Source: Eutreptiella sp. 'Long Island Sound 2002' (Eukaryota; Protista; Euglenida). From it: DNA of 64,000 bases. The notes below the pieces were generated by a model. It saw only the letters and a program-made list of their open reading frames with translations, made no database searches and was not told the origin of the DNA. The position numbers were made by a program, and so were the translations under genes. Positions 38,108 through 51,540 of the stretch are shown piece after piece; positions within the stretch are counted from its first letter, which is position 1, and every line of letters begins with the position of its first letter. Where the stretch lies: contig OZ038378.1 in assembly GCA_964036045.1 (NCBI GenBank), positions 162,750,001 to 162,814,000 of the forward strand, read 5' to 3'.

Positions 38108-38613
38108 CAGGGGGGGGGGGGGAATTGAGGTCCGCAATTTTCCGCAATTTTCCGCAATTTCGCAATTTTCCGCAAATTTATCGCAATTTTCTGCAATTTT
38201 CCCTCAATTTTTCTGCTTTGCCCTTCTTACGTGCCTGCAGGTGACCCTTGCTGTCAATGCTGAACCATACTGGTGTACACAATTTTGTAGAACAATGAGA
38301 CTCCTTTTTGCCCACGCTTGAAGATGACAACATCCGCCGCCTTCGGTTCATGCTTCAATTCCATGGTGATATTGAGGGGCGCCTCCTGTAATTGTGCTGC
38401 CCATGGACCTTTTGTATGACTGAAAAAAATCTGAGCCACCTGTCCAGAATTGTTGCACTTTGAGGGTTACGGAGGGTTGCTTACAATGTCGCAAAATTTC
38501 CCGCAATTTTCCGCAATTTTCCCGCAATTTTCCACAAGTTTCCCGCAATTTCCCTGCAATTTTTCGCAATTGGTTTTGACCCCCCCCCCCCCACCGCAAT
38601 TCCCCCCCCCCTG
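38108..38613. mobile_element. ~506-bp TIR element with a 7-bp TSD
   Basis: cag(G)n aattg ... caatt(C)n tg, subterminal ttttccgcaa arrays at both ends, flanks tcttagg and tcatagg. Confidence 0.78.
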
Positions 38614-38719
38614 TCATAGGAGCCCAACCCCTTTGGTCATGGGAGTCCAACCCAACTCCCCTTTGGAACCTGCACTCCACAGCAAACCCTCTCCTCTTGA
38701 CCTCCTCCGTGCGCAGTGT

Positions 38720-39871
38720 CACGGAGGGGGAGCTTGTTGAGCATGATCAACAATAATTTGTAGCAGCCGTCCAACTTGCATTCTGCAACTTTCAAGAGCC
38801 ATGCGTTCTGGCTCCAATCCTTGCCTACATAAAGCCACAACCCAAAGAGGCACATTCGAAAGTGCCGAATAGCGCGTATGCCATCTGCCTTGCTGAGACC
38901 TACCTCAGCGGCTTGCAACTCCTGCTTAAACGTGAAACCGTTTTTGTGTCCAGCAAATCCACCAGCAGATGTCTTGACAGGAGGCAAGCCTGCCGAACCC
39001 TGACCCCAATTGCGTGAAGGCATGTATTTTTGCAAATCCGTTTGTCTGTTTGTCTCTTCTAGGGCTCTACGAATTGGGAGGCGCTATGAAACGGAAGCAG
39101 CCAAGTCCGCATGTCGGGGCGTATGCAGGTGCGGTGGAGCGTTCGCTTGTTCTGGGTACGAGCGCCTTGGTCCGCCCTAGAGCGCCTTGCGGCACCAGAG
39201 TGCACAATGCGGTGCCGACCCGAGACCTCACCCTGGAGCGCCTCGCTACTACGGCTGCTGCTGGTGATGATAATGATGCCGAGGTTTGGGATGCTCATGC
39301 AGGTGAACTTGGAGCCACAAGGGGACGCGGTCCGATCCCACCGAGAGGACCCAGGCGGCTCCTGGCGGCACAACGTGGGTGCAGTCGAGCACCTGGAGCA
39401 ATGCGTGCGAAGGGCCATCATAGGGCCTCTCCCGGTTGCAACTCCCGAAGGCAAGCGTGCAGCGCAGCATTCGGTGCGCCCTCGACCATCGGCGTGGTTT
39501 CGGTGTGTTTGTTTAGACTCAACAACGGGTCCACAGGGGCAGGGGGTGCCACACCTTTCAAATCGGGTGTTCTGGGAGTCAGAAAATTGCCCTTTCAGAA
39601 TGATGCCACATTTGTCTCAGTTTAATGTGAGGCCAGAGACCACCTTGAACTATTCCCTGGCATCCAGCAACTTTCGGACTTTCCGATGCAATTCGTGTCT
39701 CGTGGGTATTACACATAATTCATCGACATATAAATATAAGTAAGGATCCGTTCCCCGGAGGGAACTCAAACGATACAGCAGGATTGCCACACAAAACGAG
39801 AACAACAAGGGCGAGAAGGGGTCCCCCTGCCCTGTACCCGCTCTGGGAACAAACAGGACCTCCGGGACCAC
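38720..39871 (-). mobile_element. 5'-truncated, degenerate non-LTR retrotransposon RT fragment
   Basis: GQGDPFSPLLFSFCV...YLYVDE in ORF 39650..39871. Downstream frames are broken. The left boundary is approximate. Confidence 0.8.
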
Positions 39872-42800
39872 GCCCTGCCCCGCCAGTGCCCCCAGCCAGT
39901 GCTATGCTAGCGGCTATCTAGGTCTTTCCTGCCCTGGGGTCTGATACGGTCGGGGTCTTGCAGCCATGCGAGTCCTCCCCACTTTGGGGCACCCGGTGCA
40001 GCAAGGCATATGTAGCCATTTGAGTTCTCCCACTTTGGGGAATATGAGTTGCATCAATCACCGAGGCTCGTCCCTTTCTACCCTTATGGAGCTACACAAT
40101 ATGATTTTCGGAATGCGCTTGATTTTGGAATGAGGTTGATGTTTGTGCTTTGTGTCGTCAAGAGTACACCACCACAGTGTGTGGCAGTGTGTGGTGAATG
40201 TGGGGAGCACTTTGGCGACCGTACACCATGTGCACATTGCGCACAACGATTTCGCAGATTGGGCCGCCATGGCGCGCTGCTAATTGCAAGTGCGGCGGAC
40301 ATTGCTAGAGAGCTAAATCCAGCAGGCCAAGGACCTGGTTCGGATTCAGCAGAAGGGGAGGGTTACAAACACAAACCGGACTCGTTTTTGGGTCAGCGCA
40401 AATGGTGCTACTGCCTCATGGGTGTAAACCTCCACTTCTGCTGAATCCGAACCATTGCTAACCACAGGCATATGCATGTGCTATCTACTGGCCTTGCCAT
40501 GCCTGCTCCTATAAAAGACGCGGTATTCGATGCCCATGCCGTCCTCCTCGCTGTAATCTGCTGAGGTTTGGTGCTGGGGAGCTAAGGGGAACACCTGATG
40601 CGGCACGCGGGTGGAGATTTAGGCTTGGTGCCCAACCAAGCACCCATAGTCTTGCGGGTAGCCAAGCCGTACACGCTGTAGTTAGACCCACTACCCGCCC
40701 CCCCCCCCCCTTGCATAGTAATCGCCCTTGCATACCCCCTCCCCCCTTGCGCATGCACGGCCTTGTCTAAGCACGGGGTGGGCATTGAACCGCCGTTTTG
40801 AGGAAATTTTGAGACCACTGTTTTTTTGGTCCAGGTTGGAGGATTGGGTGTTTGTGGAGCACTTGTACAGGGAAAGAGGGGCTCAGTCATGTCTGTGATG
40901 GTGTATTCTGTTCATAACAACATTCTACCACACATTGCCACCCCATGCTGTTTGCTCTGATGTGAATTTCGGCCATGGCTAATAATGTTATTCCTGGCAG
41001 GGCTGTCATGTACGTTCGGAGCAGTGGGGAACATGCGTCTGCCACTAATGTTGGTCCCTCTCGTCATGGGGACAACTACATCGATTTGAATCCGATCCAC
41101 CCGATGCCACTGACAGTGAATAATGACAAGCAGAACATTTGGAGAGTTGCTTGTATTGTACCATGCCTTGTGCAAGTTTCCAGACCCGTGTGTGCTTTGC
41201 TGTCATGTGTGTGGCACACATGCACAGCCTTGTCTAAGCACGGGGTGGGCGTTGAACCGCTGTTTTGACCTGACTTTTGGGACTGCGACCGTGCTTGCGC
41301 AAGGCAGCGGGGTGGGCGGGGTGGGGGGGTAGTAAGCCGTGGGGCGAGGGAACTGTCACTTTCTGTTTTGCAAATTTACTCAGAACGTGGGATACTGTGG
41401 GATACTGAGCTTCTTGTGTTCGTTTGCTGGCCGGACAAGGTGGTATTATTGGTGCAGTGCTGTGTAATTCAGATTTCTTGCATCCAAGGCCTTCCACTGG
41501 ACCCTGTATCATGTAGAACACTTCAGTGTTTCGCAATTTTAGCCATGGGTGTTGGGGGGCATATTTCGTCCTGTGCGCGCGTTGTGCACAAAGTTTGTAC
41601 AGGACCATACCCAAATTGCATAGTGCTGAGTATCAATAACAATGAGCCTTGTTGTGCAATTATATGACTTGCTTGCATGCCTAGCCCTCAATTCTAGTGC
41701 ATTTGTGTGTGTTGTTGTGCATGTCACTCAAAAAGGGTACCCAATTCGGTGCTATGGTGATACATTCGGGTACCCTGTTTGGGGCCTCCACTACTCTGCC
41801 GTCTCTCAGACCTTCATGTCCACATCGATGGAAAGGGGGTACCGGGTGTGGTCACCTCCACCGCCACCCTCTCCAAGTCAGCCTGGCCTAGCCGCATCGC
41901 CAGAGACTAAGCGGCGCGATCGCCAGAGGCTAATCGGCGCGATCGCCCGCCATCGCCGCGGTCAAATACACCGTCTACGTTGGTGTCACAACCACGCGCG
42001 ACAAGCTGGCCGGCATGGTCCCCCTCGGCTTTGACCGCCGGTAGTCCATCTCTACCGGCGTAGCGGACATCACGTTTGCAATTGGCATTAGGGTCGGGGC
42101 GTTCATGCTCCCGGGGCAGATCACCTTCATGCAGAACATCACAGCCGGGGCCCCAAAGAGCGCGCACTCCAAAGACTACGGCACGCTCCCGTCAAAACGA
42201 GAAGGACCGCAACGCTATCGTTCGACTGATTTGCTTGTCTATGGCATTGGAAGGTCAGTCGAGACATTTGGATGGGTTCCCCCCGTGACGGTGGGTTGGG
42301 GTGAAACATCAGGCTGTGCAACATTGTGAGGGTGCCGTATGGTCCATAGAGGCAAGAAAAGGGTCAATGGTTGTCAATGGTTGTTGCAAAAATTTCCAAT
42401 TCCTCCTGTATTGTGTGCGCTGTGCGTGCTATGCACAAACGCCCCTTTGATCATATTGACACATACCTAGCTGTTGTCAATTTCCAACCTTGTGGGGGCA
42501 GTTATGTGCCTGCCAAAATTATGCTTGCCACAGGGGCCGGAGCCCACTGCCAAGATTCTTGTGGGCCTTGTTGACCAGCAGTGGCACACGCTTGTGTGCC
42601 CCTTGCACCCCTTGCCAGCTGGCGCCTAGTGCAAGCCGCACAGCGTGTACATGGGCCAGTGACACGACTTGCCCCCCGTCCTTGCCCACATCTCTGTATC
42701 CCTGTGACCGGGGGGGGGGGGGGGGGTCATTGATGGCTAGGCCCCGTGGTGGTACTATTGACAGGGCAAGCGTCTTTAAAGTCTTGGACATTCTTGGGCT

Positions 42801-45719
42801 TCACGGCGTTCGGGGTGTTGCGGGGTTAGGGTTTCCTTTGCCTTGTAGCCGTGTAGCCTCCACGCCTGTAGCCCATGTACTATTAACGAGTTCCATATGC
42901 ACTCATGAGCGGCAGCCACATTTGCGCAGACCTAAAAGTCCGGTTTGTGTTTGCAACCCTCCCTTTTTGCTGCATCCGAACCATTGTTGACCACTAGCAT
43001 ATACATGTGCTACGTACGGGCCTTGCCATGCCTGCTCCCATAAAGGACGCGGTGTTCAACGCCGTCTTTCTTGCTTTGCAGACCTTGAGGATGGGAGTGC
43101 ATGCTAGCAACGGTGTGTGTGTGTCTGCGCGTGCCAAGACAATGATCCCACTCATGCTCAACTTCGAAGTTCAATAATCTACTCTCCTACACAAGCTACA
43201 AAGCGATGGGTTCGTAGTTTGTCTATGTCTGCGTGCATGTACCCCCCCCTTTGTCCTAGCTACACCCTTGTCGAAGCTACAGTAGGCGCAGGGATTGTAT
43301 TAATTTGGGACCTAATTTAATTCGGTACGAAATGTAGTGCTGTCACATAAGACATGGGTTTGTTGACAAATTTGCTAGTTACATAGAGTCATGGATATAG
43401 TTGTCGTGAGTGTTAGCCCACTTGAACCCACATAGCTCTGATTTTAGGGATATTTTGGCATTATCTTCCCCCTTTTTGGTGATGGCATGTGTGCCGGTAG
43501 TTGTATGTGTTGCACGCAAGCTACGCCCTTGTCCAAGGTACATTAGGTGTAGGGACCATATTAATTTGGGACTTTTGCGTAGCTAGGAAAAGGGGGGGGG
43601 GGTAGGGCTAAATACAGCTTTGCCACTGGCACCAAGGCGACGACGGGCACTGGATGCAGGCACATTAGGAGCGGTGGGCTCATGCCTTACTCTTACTTAG
43701 TGCCCCCCCCAGCCCCCCTCGGGGGGGGGGCAGGTGCACGCTTGCCTTTTCAAAATGTTGGGTGCCTCCTGATGATGGGATCCACAATTGGCCAAGACTG
43801 AGTTGGTGGTTTTGAGGGGAAGGGCTATATTCCCTGCTGCAAAGGCGCCGGAAAAAATTTTCCCCTTATATTTTCCCTTGTGTTGGTCAGTCGGTGAGTG
43901 GGTGGGTGCCTCTTGAGTTGACCCCCCCCCCCCCCCCATGGAGGGAGGTCAAGTGTTGTGGGTGCCTGCCAAAAGTGGGTGCCTCCCCTTGTCATTCTGC
44001 CCGCCCCTCCGTTGCTAAGAAAAGCCTTGGGTGGGCTGCATAAACCACGTGTGACTACACTTGTTGGGCGTTGTGCATCATGGGACTGAACACAACGGTG
44101 GCGGGCCTATCACTGCAGACCGGGAGGCATTAGAGGGCTCCACGCGTGCGGCCCCACTCAATAGGACGGGGGGCCTGAAGCAGTCTGTAGGCGAGGCGGA
44201 CATGCACACGGAGGCTGCCAAAGTTGGGAACGCGGGCCAGCCAGCTGTTGCGCACCCCGAGCTTGCAAGCGGATGTGCATCCGATTGTGTGCGAGCATGC
44301 ACACTTCTCCAAGGTGGGGTGGACCACCCTCCCCTGCACGAGTTAGTGGCTCAACCCCTAGCCTAGGAGGCGGTAAGGCCACAGTGCCTCATGGGCTCTA
44401 GTGTGCTATATTGGGATGGAAGTATGAGGGCCCACCTGGTCCCCATGGACTCCGGTGGAAGTGGTGTAGGTGTAGTTTGAGATGGAAACAACCGAACACA
44501 CCATAAAAAAGGCAATTGGACCAGATCAGAAAGAATGACTTGATTGTGGTTGAGGCGGTCGAAATACATAAACTACAAAGAGAAGTGCCACAGTGCAATG
44601 GCCACGCATTTGTGGTGCAAAAGCAAGGGCCAAAGATGGATGACGATGCTTTTGGACCAGATGAGTGCAGCCATTGAGTCCACAAAAGGGGAGGGAGCAT
44701 GTAAACAATTGGTGTTGGGATATGTTGTGTAATTTCTCTCAATAACACAACATCCGTCAAATGTTGTATCATGGCAAGGACGTACAGAGCGGATTTCACC
44801 AAAATGGATGTTGACCAAAGGACACACTTGGTGTGCGGACCTTTTTGTGCTTTGATGTTTGTTGGACGGGGGAGGGGGGCAGGCATATCGTTAGCGCTTT
44901 GGTTCTGAGCATTTGGGCGGTTGATAGGTTTTCTCTTGCAATATTGATGGGGAGTTCTCGTTGTCCATTCGATCCTTTGAGGCCACTTGGTCACTTGATG
45001 ACACTGGATCCCGGTGAACTTTCGTGTTTCTAATTCCCTGGTCTGCTTACTGCTCGTGTGCGTGTAAACTGTGCGTTACCTGCGGCGTGTCCAAACACCG
45101 TTGGGTGTGGTTTTCGCAACTTTTGGTCATTTTGCTGCAGCTTGGACAATGTGTGTGTGGGGGGGGGGCGGGGGGTGCATGCCCGCCCAGCATGACACAC
45201 AACCTGCTAATTGTGTGGTTGCTTGGCATGCAACATCAGGTAGCTGGCCAACGTGAAAGTAATGCCCTGCGTTGCTTCTCTTTTCTGGTTTTTGCGTGCC
45301 TTGGCTTGATGTGTCTTAAGCCTCGTTAGGTGTGGGTGTATTGGTGTTTGTCCTGTTCCTAAACATGAAAACCGGTAGAAGGCTCCCCTTTCTAGATAAC
45401 TACCCCCCCCCCCCCCATTTGCGCAGGCATCGCCTTGTCTAAGCACCGGAACCAGGCGGGGGCTAATATGATGTTTTGCGCTCTGCCTCTTCTTTGAGCC
45501 ATCGACCGCGCCCACGGACAATTTGTCTCCAACACCTCAATCGTCTTCCCACTACATGGCTTCCTCCTCAAGCCGCCGCTGTGCTAAGGAGATGCGGGCC
45601 ACCCACTAGACCTCGGGCAAGCCGGTCTAGACCTCCGTCGACTCTGAACAAATTGTGTCACTCTCACCGCTTAGCCAGCCTGACTTTGTTCCGCAGGATG
45701 AGTTTTGGGTGTCATTAGG

Positions 45720-48700
45720 CAGTTTGGACATCGAAACTATTTCGTCAAAGTTTTAGCTATCCAGGGTGTCTCTACCGTTGAAGTTATGAGGAAAGTATTT
45801 TATGGCGACAACCCTTCACTGCTTATGGTGCATTTGTAGGACAAAGTTGAGGCCTTGTTCAAAGCCATTGATTAGCTTGTGACCCTATTGACTACCTTGG
45901 GGGACCTGGACATTCTTTTGTATAAGGAGGCGACTGCCGTAGAGCTGACCGAGTTCCTCACTACGGCGGGTTCCTTGAAGGATGCCTTCCCGGTTATGCC
46001 ATACCAGGTGTGGCAGATGGATAGATTAATCAGCTCTAGCTCAAAGGGCAAAGCATATTCTGTCTGGCTATTGTGCACAAGTTTCAAGTCACGCAGCGAG
46101 TGCCGTTGTATCGCATGGTTCGGCTTCGTTTGCCCGGAGAGAGCTAAGAAGGGATCCTTTTTCGTGCGCCAGAAATCAAATACCCCATGATAGTGGTGCG
46201 GTACGCAATGGGCTGGGAACCAGAGCCGCTAGACACGCTGGGCCTCAAACGGGAACATGCAGTCATATGTCCTGGCTGTAATGCTGCCCATTCGAAGTTT
46301 TGGTGTGTCGAAGTCGATTTTGAGACCACGTCGCGGCTAGTTACGACTTTCGGCCGTTACCCGCATTTTGCTCTCTTGCCTCTGCGCTGGTACACGGGCC
46401 AGGAGGTAGACACAGTGGAGGTGCGACTCGAAGTGACGATGAAGCGGTCTTTTTGGGACATGCACATGCAATTCTTTTACGTGTACGTTTTGGGGACCCT
46501 GTGGGAACTAGGAGAGGTGTTCACCTCCGGGAGCTTACATATTATGCACTCCAAACACATACGAGTGGGCCTTAAAAAATATTGCCTCTCATTTGTGGAG
46601 AAGAATATGGAGCATTGGCTGGTGACGATGGGGCTAGAGATTCGCGATGAATAAACAGGTAAACCCCTCACAGGGGGTGGCTCAGAGGTCACCACACAAG
46701 CCTCAAATCTGCCGGAACCGTGGGGTTGTTGCTCGTCTGTGTTCCCCACCAACGTCCCACCCTGTTGGAAAGAGGAATTAGTGCTGACCGTTCTCTTGAC
46801 ACAAGGTACTAGCCAATGTGATTTTGTGGTGGATAAGTGCCGATTTGGTATTGGCGACATTCGATCCAAGACTTGGATGGTAACAAGCTCCAAGGTTAAA
46901 GACGTCCGGGGGAACATCTTTCATACAACATCCACAGGCACTTTCATAGTGGCCGTTTGGCAACAAGAATATCGGTCTAAGGGAGCCAGGACCCGTCCAA
47001 GGGCAAGGGACGAGGCAAGGGACGTGGGACGGGCACGGGGGGCCGCGGGCCGCCACCAAAGCCGACCCCGATGGAGATCAGCACCGGCACTCAAGTTCAT
47101 GAAACGGAAACGTCCTGGCTCGTAGCCTTCGGTCTGCTACAAAAATGGCCGTCCAAGAGGATGGCCTTCACAACGATAAACGCCAATGGTTGGTTTGCCC
47201 GACCAAAGGCATCATCGCAATCTTGTACCCAGCCGCAAGCATCGAGGGCTTCCTCGACACAGCAGCAATATCACGTCTTCAAATGTTTGAAAAGGCACAA
47301 GGCCGATATTGCGGGATCATTAAAGTGCAGGAAACGCACTTTAAACATGAGGCCACCGTGCGCAACCAACGGTGGTGATTACAACGATAGGGGTGCAATA
47401 TGTTAGCAACAACACAAGCAAGAACGGCCCGCGGATCATCGGCGGTCCTATGGAAAACAGACGAATGGGCAGTAGTAGCCTCCAAAATACTGTCCCTGTG
47501 TCTCATTTTAATGCATTTCCAGCATTCTGATGGAGGAGAGGTGGTGGTCTTATTGGGGCACATGGAGTGCGAGCTAGGAGCTCGGAAAAAATAGTGGGGC
47601 GTGGTACAGGACGAGCTGGCGTCCAAACAAGGACTACCCCTGGTCACGCTTCTCGATCACAACAACAGTATGGTCCCGGGGGTCGATTCAGCGGACATTC
47701 CTAGAGAGCTGCCGGCGACAGTGAAGGCCTGGGAGCGAGAGGCCTTGGCGCTGGCCGAATCCGAGTTGGAAGATGTGTGGGTGCACCTGCATGGGGAACA
47801 CCGCGATGACTCCGTGAGCGGGTTCACGTTTCCGTCCCTGCAACACAGAATAGATCGGGTGCACTTGTCGGCGGCCCTCCACCCTTTCGTGCGGTCAACA
47901 TACACAATGTGTATATCATCAGACCACCTAGCAGTGGCTTTGCATGTAGGTCCCCCGGAGGAACCGGGCCTGCCGGTGCGATACAGGTGTCCTATGGATA
48001 TGCTCGCTTGAGAAGATGGAGTGGCCAGTTTGGAAGGGGTGCTGGACGGATGGCATCAATCTCTTTTGCCAGCAGATGAATGGCGGAGTGGGGTACATAA
48101 AGCAGTTCGAGCGGTAGGGGGAGCGTTGGCCACTGAAACGCCCTCAGACAGGGTGCACGCATCTGGATGTCCGAGTGCTTGAAAGCACTATCCATCGGCT
48201 GGCAGCGGGTGCAACAGACTTTTTGGAGGAACGAGGTTTGGTTTGTGGTTCGGTCCAGCAATCATGTCAACAGTTGGTGCAGCTCCGTGATTAGGCTCGG
48301 GAGGACAAGTTTCGCTCGGCCGAGTTGGTTTGTTTGCGGCGGTAGCTGCTTTCAAGAGATAAGCGAGCGGCTTTGAAGCGGGATTGCCAGCAGCGTATCC
48401 ACGATCTAGTGCGCCACTTGAAAGAGCGGAAACACATGTCATCTCTATGGGACTCAGCAGGGTTGATGGGTGATGCATGGCGGCCCCAAGAAAGTGGCCG
48501 CCCTTCTCGACGAGTATTGGTTAGGGGTCATGTCGGGGGGCGAGGGGGGGGGGGGGGCTACGTAGGGGGACTATGACAAGTACGTCCGCAGTACAGTCCG
48601 CAGGACTATTTCACTGATGAAGTGTATCCCTAAATTTTCCGAGGCAGCACACGCTCGGGACATGCGGCCCATAGCTTTGCAAAACACGGTGATGGAATGG

Positions 48701-51540
48701 CTCTCCACAGTGGTCCTAGTCCAACCCAAGGATGTGTTTGCCCATATAATCCCCACCTCCCAAAAAGGCTTAATGCGAGGACGGAACATGTGGTATCCGC
48801 GCCCCAACCAGAGCAAGTAATGGTTGCGCCGGACTTCCAAAAAGCCTACGATTCGTTTTCCTTTCAATTTCTGATGGTGGCGTTGAGCTGCATACACCTG
48901 CCGGCACCATATGTCTCACTACTACTCTCTATCATAGAGGGCCCAATCTTGTTTTGCGTAGGGAGGCGCTTTGAGCCAGGGGTAGAGCTTCGGCCTCGCT
49001 CAAGAATCCGGCAAGGGGATCCCCTTTCCCCCCTCTTGTTTAATGTGGTCACCATTTTTCTGATTTATGATTTTGGGAGACTGCGCTGTGATTTCTGGGT
49101 ACCGTTTTACGTAGACGATATTCTAATATGCCTCCCAGGGTGCACGAGGTCACATGAAAAAGAGCTGCAAGCCCTCTTGTGCGTATTAAACATTTTTGGG
49201 TTCTACTCAACCTTCAGATTGAAATACAACCAAACTTTTGTGGTGGTGAAAAGGCCAGAGGGACTGCCACAACCAGGGTCTGTGGCTGGCATCACAGTGA
49301 AGCCGCGGGTCAAATATCGGGGGGTTTTGCTTGGGAATGTTTCGGGACAACAAGCCTATGGGCCGGTGATAGCGAAAATGATGGGAAGGGCCAAGACTCT
49401 GTCCAGCCTACCACTGGGTATGGAAGAGAAGACCAATCTCTTTTGCGACGTAGATTGCACCTGTTTTGTAGTCAACAGTGCGGGCCCACGAGCCCACGGA
49501 CAAGGTCTTGTCCCAACTGAATTTGATACAGCGCGTGGCCCTCGGGTTGAATTTTTGGCACCTCCCAGCGGGTATCTTGAGCATGCCCAAAAGGGAGGGG
49601 AGGGTGGCGCATGCCCCCTTGCCGTCCTACGCCCTGTGGGTACACTCCCACTTGGTCGTCACAGCGGTATGCCACCCACATGTTTATGACGCGTCCCATG
49701 TGGAAAAATTTCAACGCTGAGCGGGGCGGGTCGGCATGGTGCTCAATGAAGTGACCTTATATCCAACTCGCGCCGGTTAACATCAAAAACCCTCCTTCCT
49801 GCAAGGAGCACTGAGAGCATACTTGTGGGGACGGAGAGGGGGGGGTTAGCCCCCCCCCCGCCGCAACTGCTACCCCAAAAGGGCATCTAGCATTCAATAT
49901 TTTTTAGGGGAGATACAGGGTTGACGTATGTGTGCTCTCGACTAGTGAGAAAAGGTGTCTTGCGATGGCGGGTTTTAGTAGTGGCGGGCGTGGTACATTT
50001 GGAGCATTTGGACGTCATCGCATACACATACAAAATGGCGTATGACATGGGAGTCCACAATGTTTGCTTACAGTACATGTGCCCAGATGATGGGGCACGA
50101 GGTCTTGCCTTGCACTGATGGGGGGCGGGCTGGGGGGGGGGGGGGGGGCAGCGCACGCTGCTCTACATGCAACTCAGCAAAGCAGAGTCCACGGCAAACG
50201 CCCGGAGTCCGCTTATATTTGCCACAATGGGATGTGGATTTCATCGGACGAGTATTGTGGAAAAAACTACCCATTGGGGGACGGATGGGCCACCGCGTGG
50301 GTAATAAGCTATGGCCCTTGTGTCAAAGGCTAGAGGACCACGAGCACATGCTTCGGCATTGCAGGTTTTCGGCGTTTTTTTTTAATACCGTCCACAAGGC
50401 ATTTGGTGTAGTGCAAAGGGAGGGGGGCGAGGTAGAGCCCGGCAGACTATTGTTTGAGGAGCTAGCACTGTTGCTTCAGAGCACTCAAGGTTTGGTGTTG
50501 TGGGCAACGCTCAAGGCGCAGTAGGCTCTGCGTTGTGAAGCAAGATTTCAGGGGGGGGGGCACCCGTCCCTGGATGATTTTGTGGCGCGCTAGATGGGGA
50601 TCCTGGAAGTATGGCGCGCGGAACTGAATATGTCGCTCTCCCACCCTGACCTAGCACCTTGTGGATCAACTGTTTCTATGGTTTGGTGGGGGCATGTTCC
50701 AAAAAAAGTACCGACACCAGGAGTCTTTCCCAAAAAGATGAGCGTGAAGCCTTCGGACTTCAAGGACCAAAAATAAGGCCAATATCGGGACGGGGTGGTC
50801 AAATGGTTACAGGTGTTAGAGGCCGAACATTTGACGTTGGTGTATGCCAATGGATCAGCGAAGCAAGTCATGGGATGGTGGCAGGCGGGGTATGGGGCCT
50901 GGTTCGGAGAGACACACGAGCAGAATGTGCGGTTGCCCGTCCGGGTCATTGAGAGATAGAGTGTGAGCAGAGGGGAGCTTCGCGAAGTTCTATACGCTCT
51001 GCAACGTCGGCGGGCAGCGGAAAAAATGGTAGTAGTGTTGGACTCAGAGTATGTGTACAAGAGGATCACTGAGTGGTCCCCCAAGTGGCACCGCCACTCT
51101 TGGAGGGTGAAGTCACGGGAGGTGGGTCACCGAGACCTGTGGGAGGGCATTTTTCAATTGCGGCATGACGCAGGGGCCCTGCTGAAGTTCATCTGGACGC
51201 CGTCCCATATGTGGGTAGAGGGGGGAACGATAAAGCCGATGAGTTGGCGGAGACTGGCACAGAGGTGCATCCCAACAACAAAAGACGGAAGGGGGACACT
51301 GACCGCGTGCCACGCTTGTGGCACGATGCGGGCTTGTCTCCGATGCGCACGGATATGCCGTCCTCCGAATCATCAGGGGACGGCTCTGGTGTGTTAAGCT
51401 CAAGAGCCAGCGTGTGGGGGGAACTGTCTTCGGCCGCTGACATGACGGGGACCCCATCTTCATTTGGGAGCTCGTGCGAAGAGGGGAGCTCTCACAGTGA
51501 GGGGTCTAGGTTCAGCACAGATGTGAGTGAGTGACAAAGG
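45720..51540 (+). mobile_element. Degenerate near-full-length LINE (ORF1 remnants + APE + RT + zf-RVT + RNase H)
   Basis: APE: TINANG, VQETH, LLDHN, RIDRVHLS, SDHLAV (47160-47950). RT: RPIALQN, DFQKAYD, RQGDPLSPLLF, FYVDD (48617-49400). zf-like: LWKKLP...LC...EDHEHMLRHC. RNase H: YANGS...AGYGAWFG, RGEL, LDSEYV, HRDLW, WTPSH, KADELA (50830-51270). Many stops and frameshifts; boundaries approximate. Confidence 0.9.
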
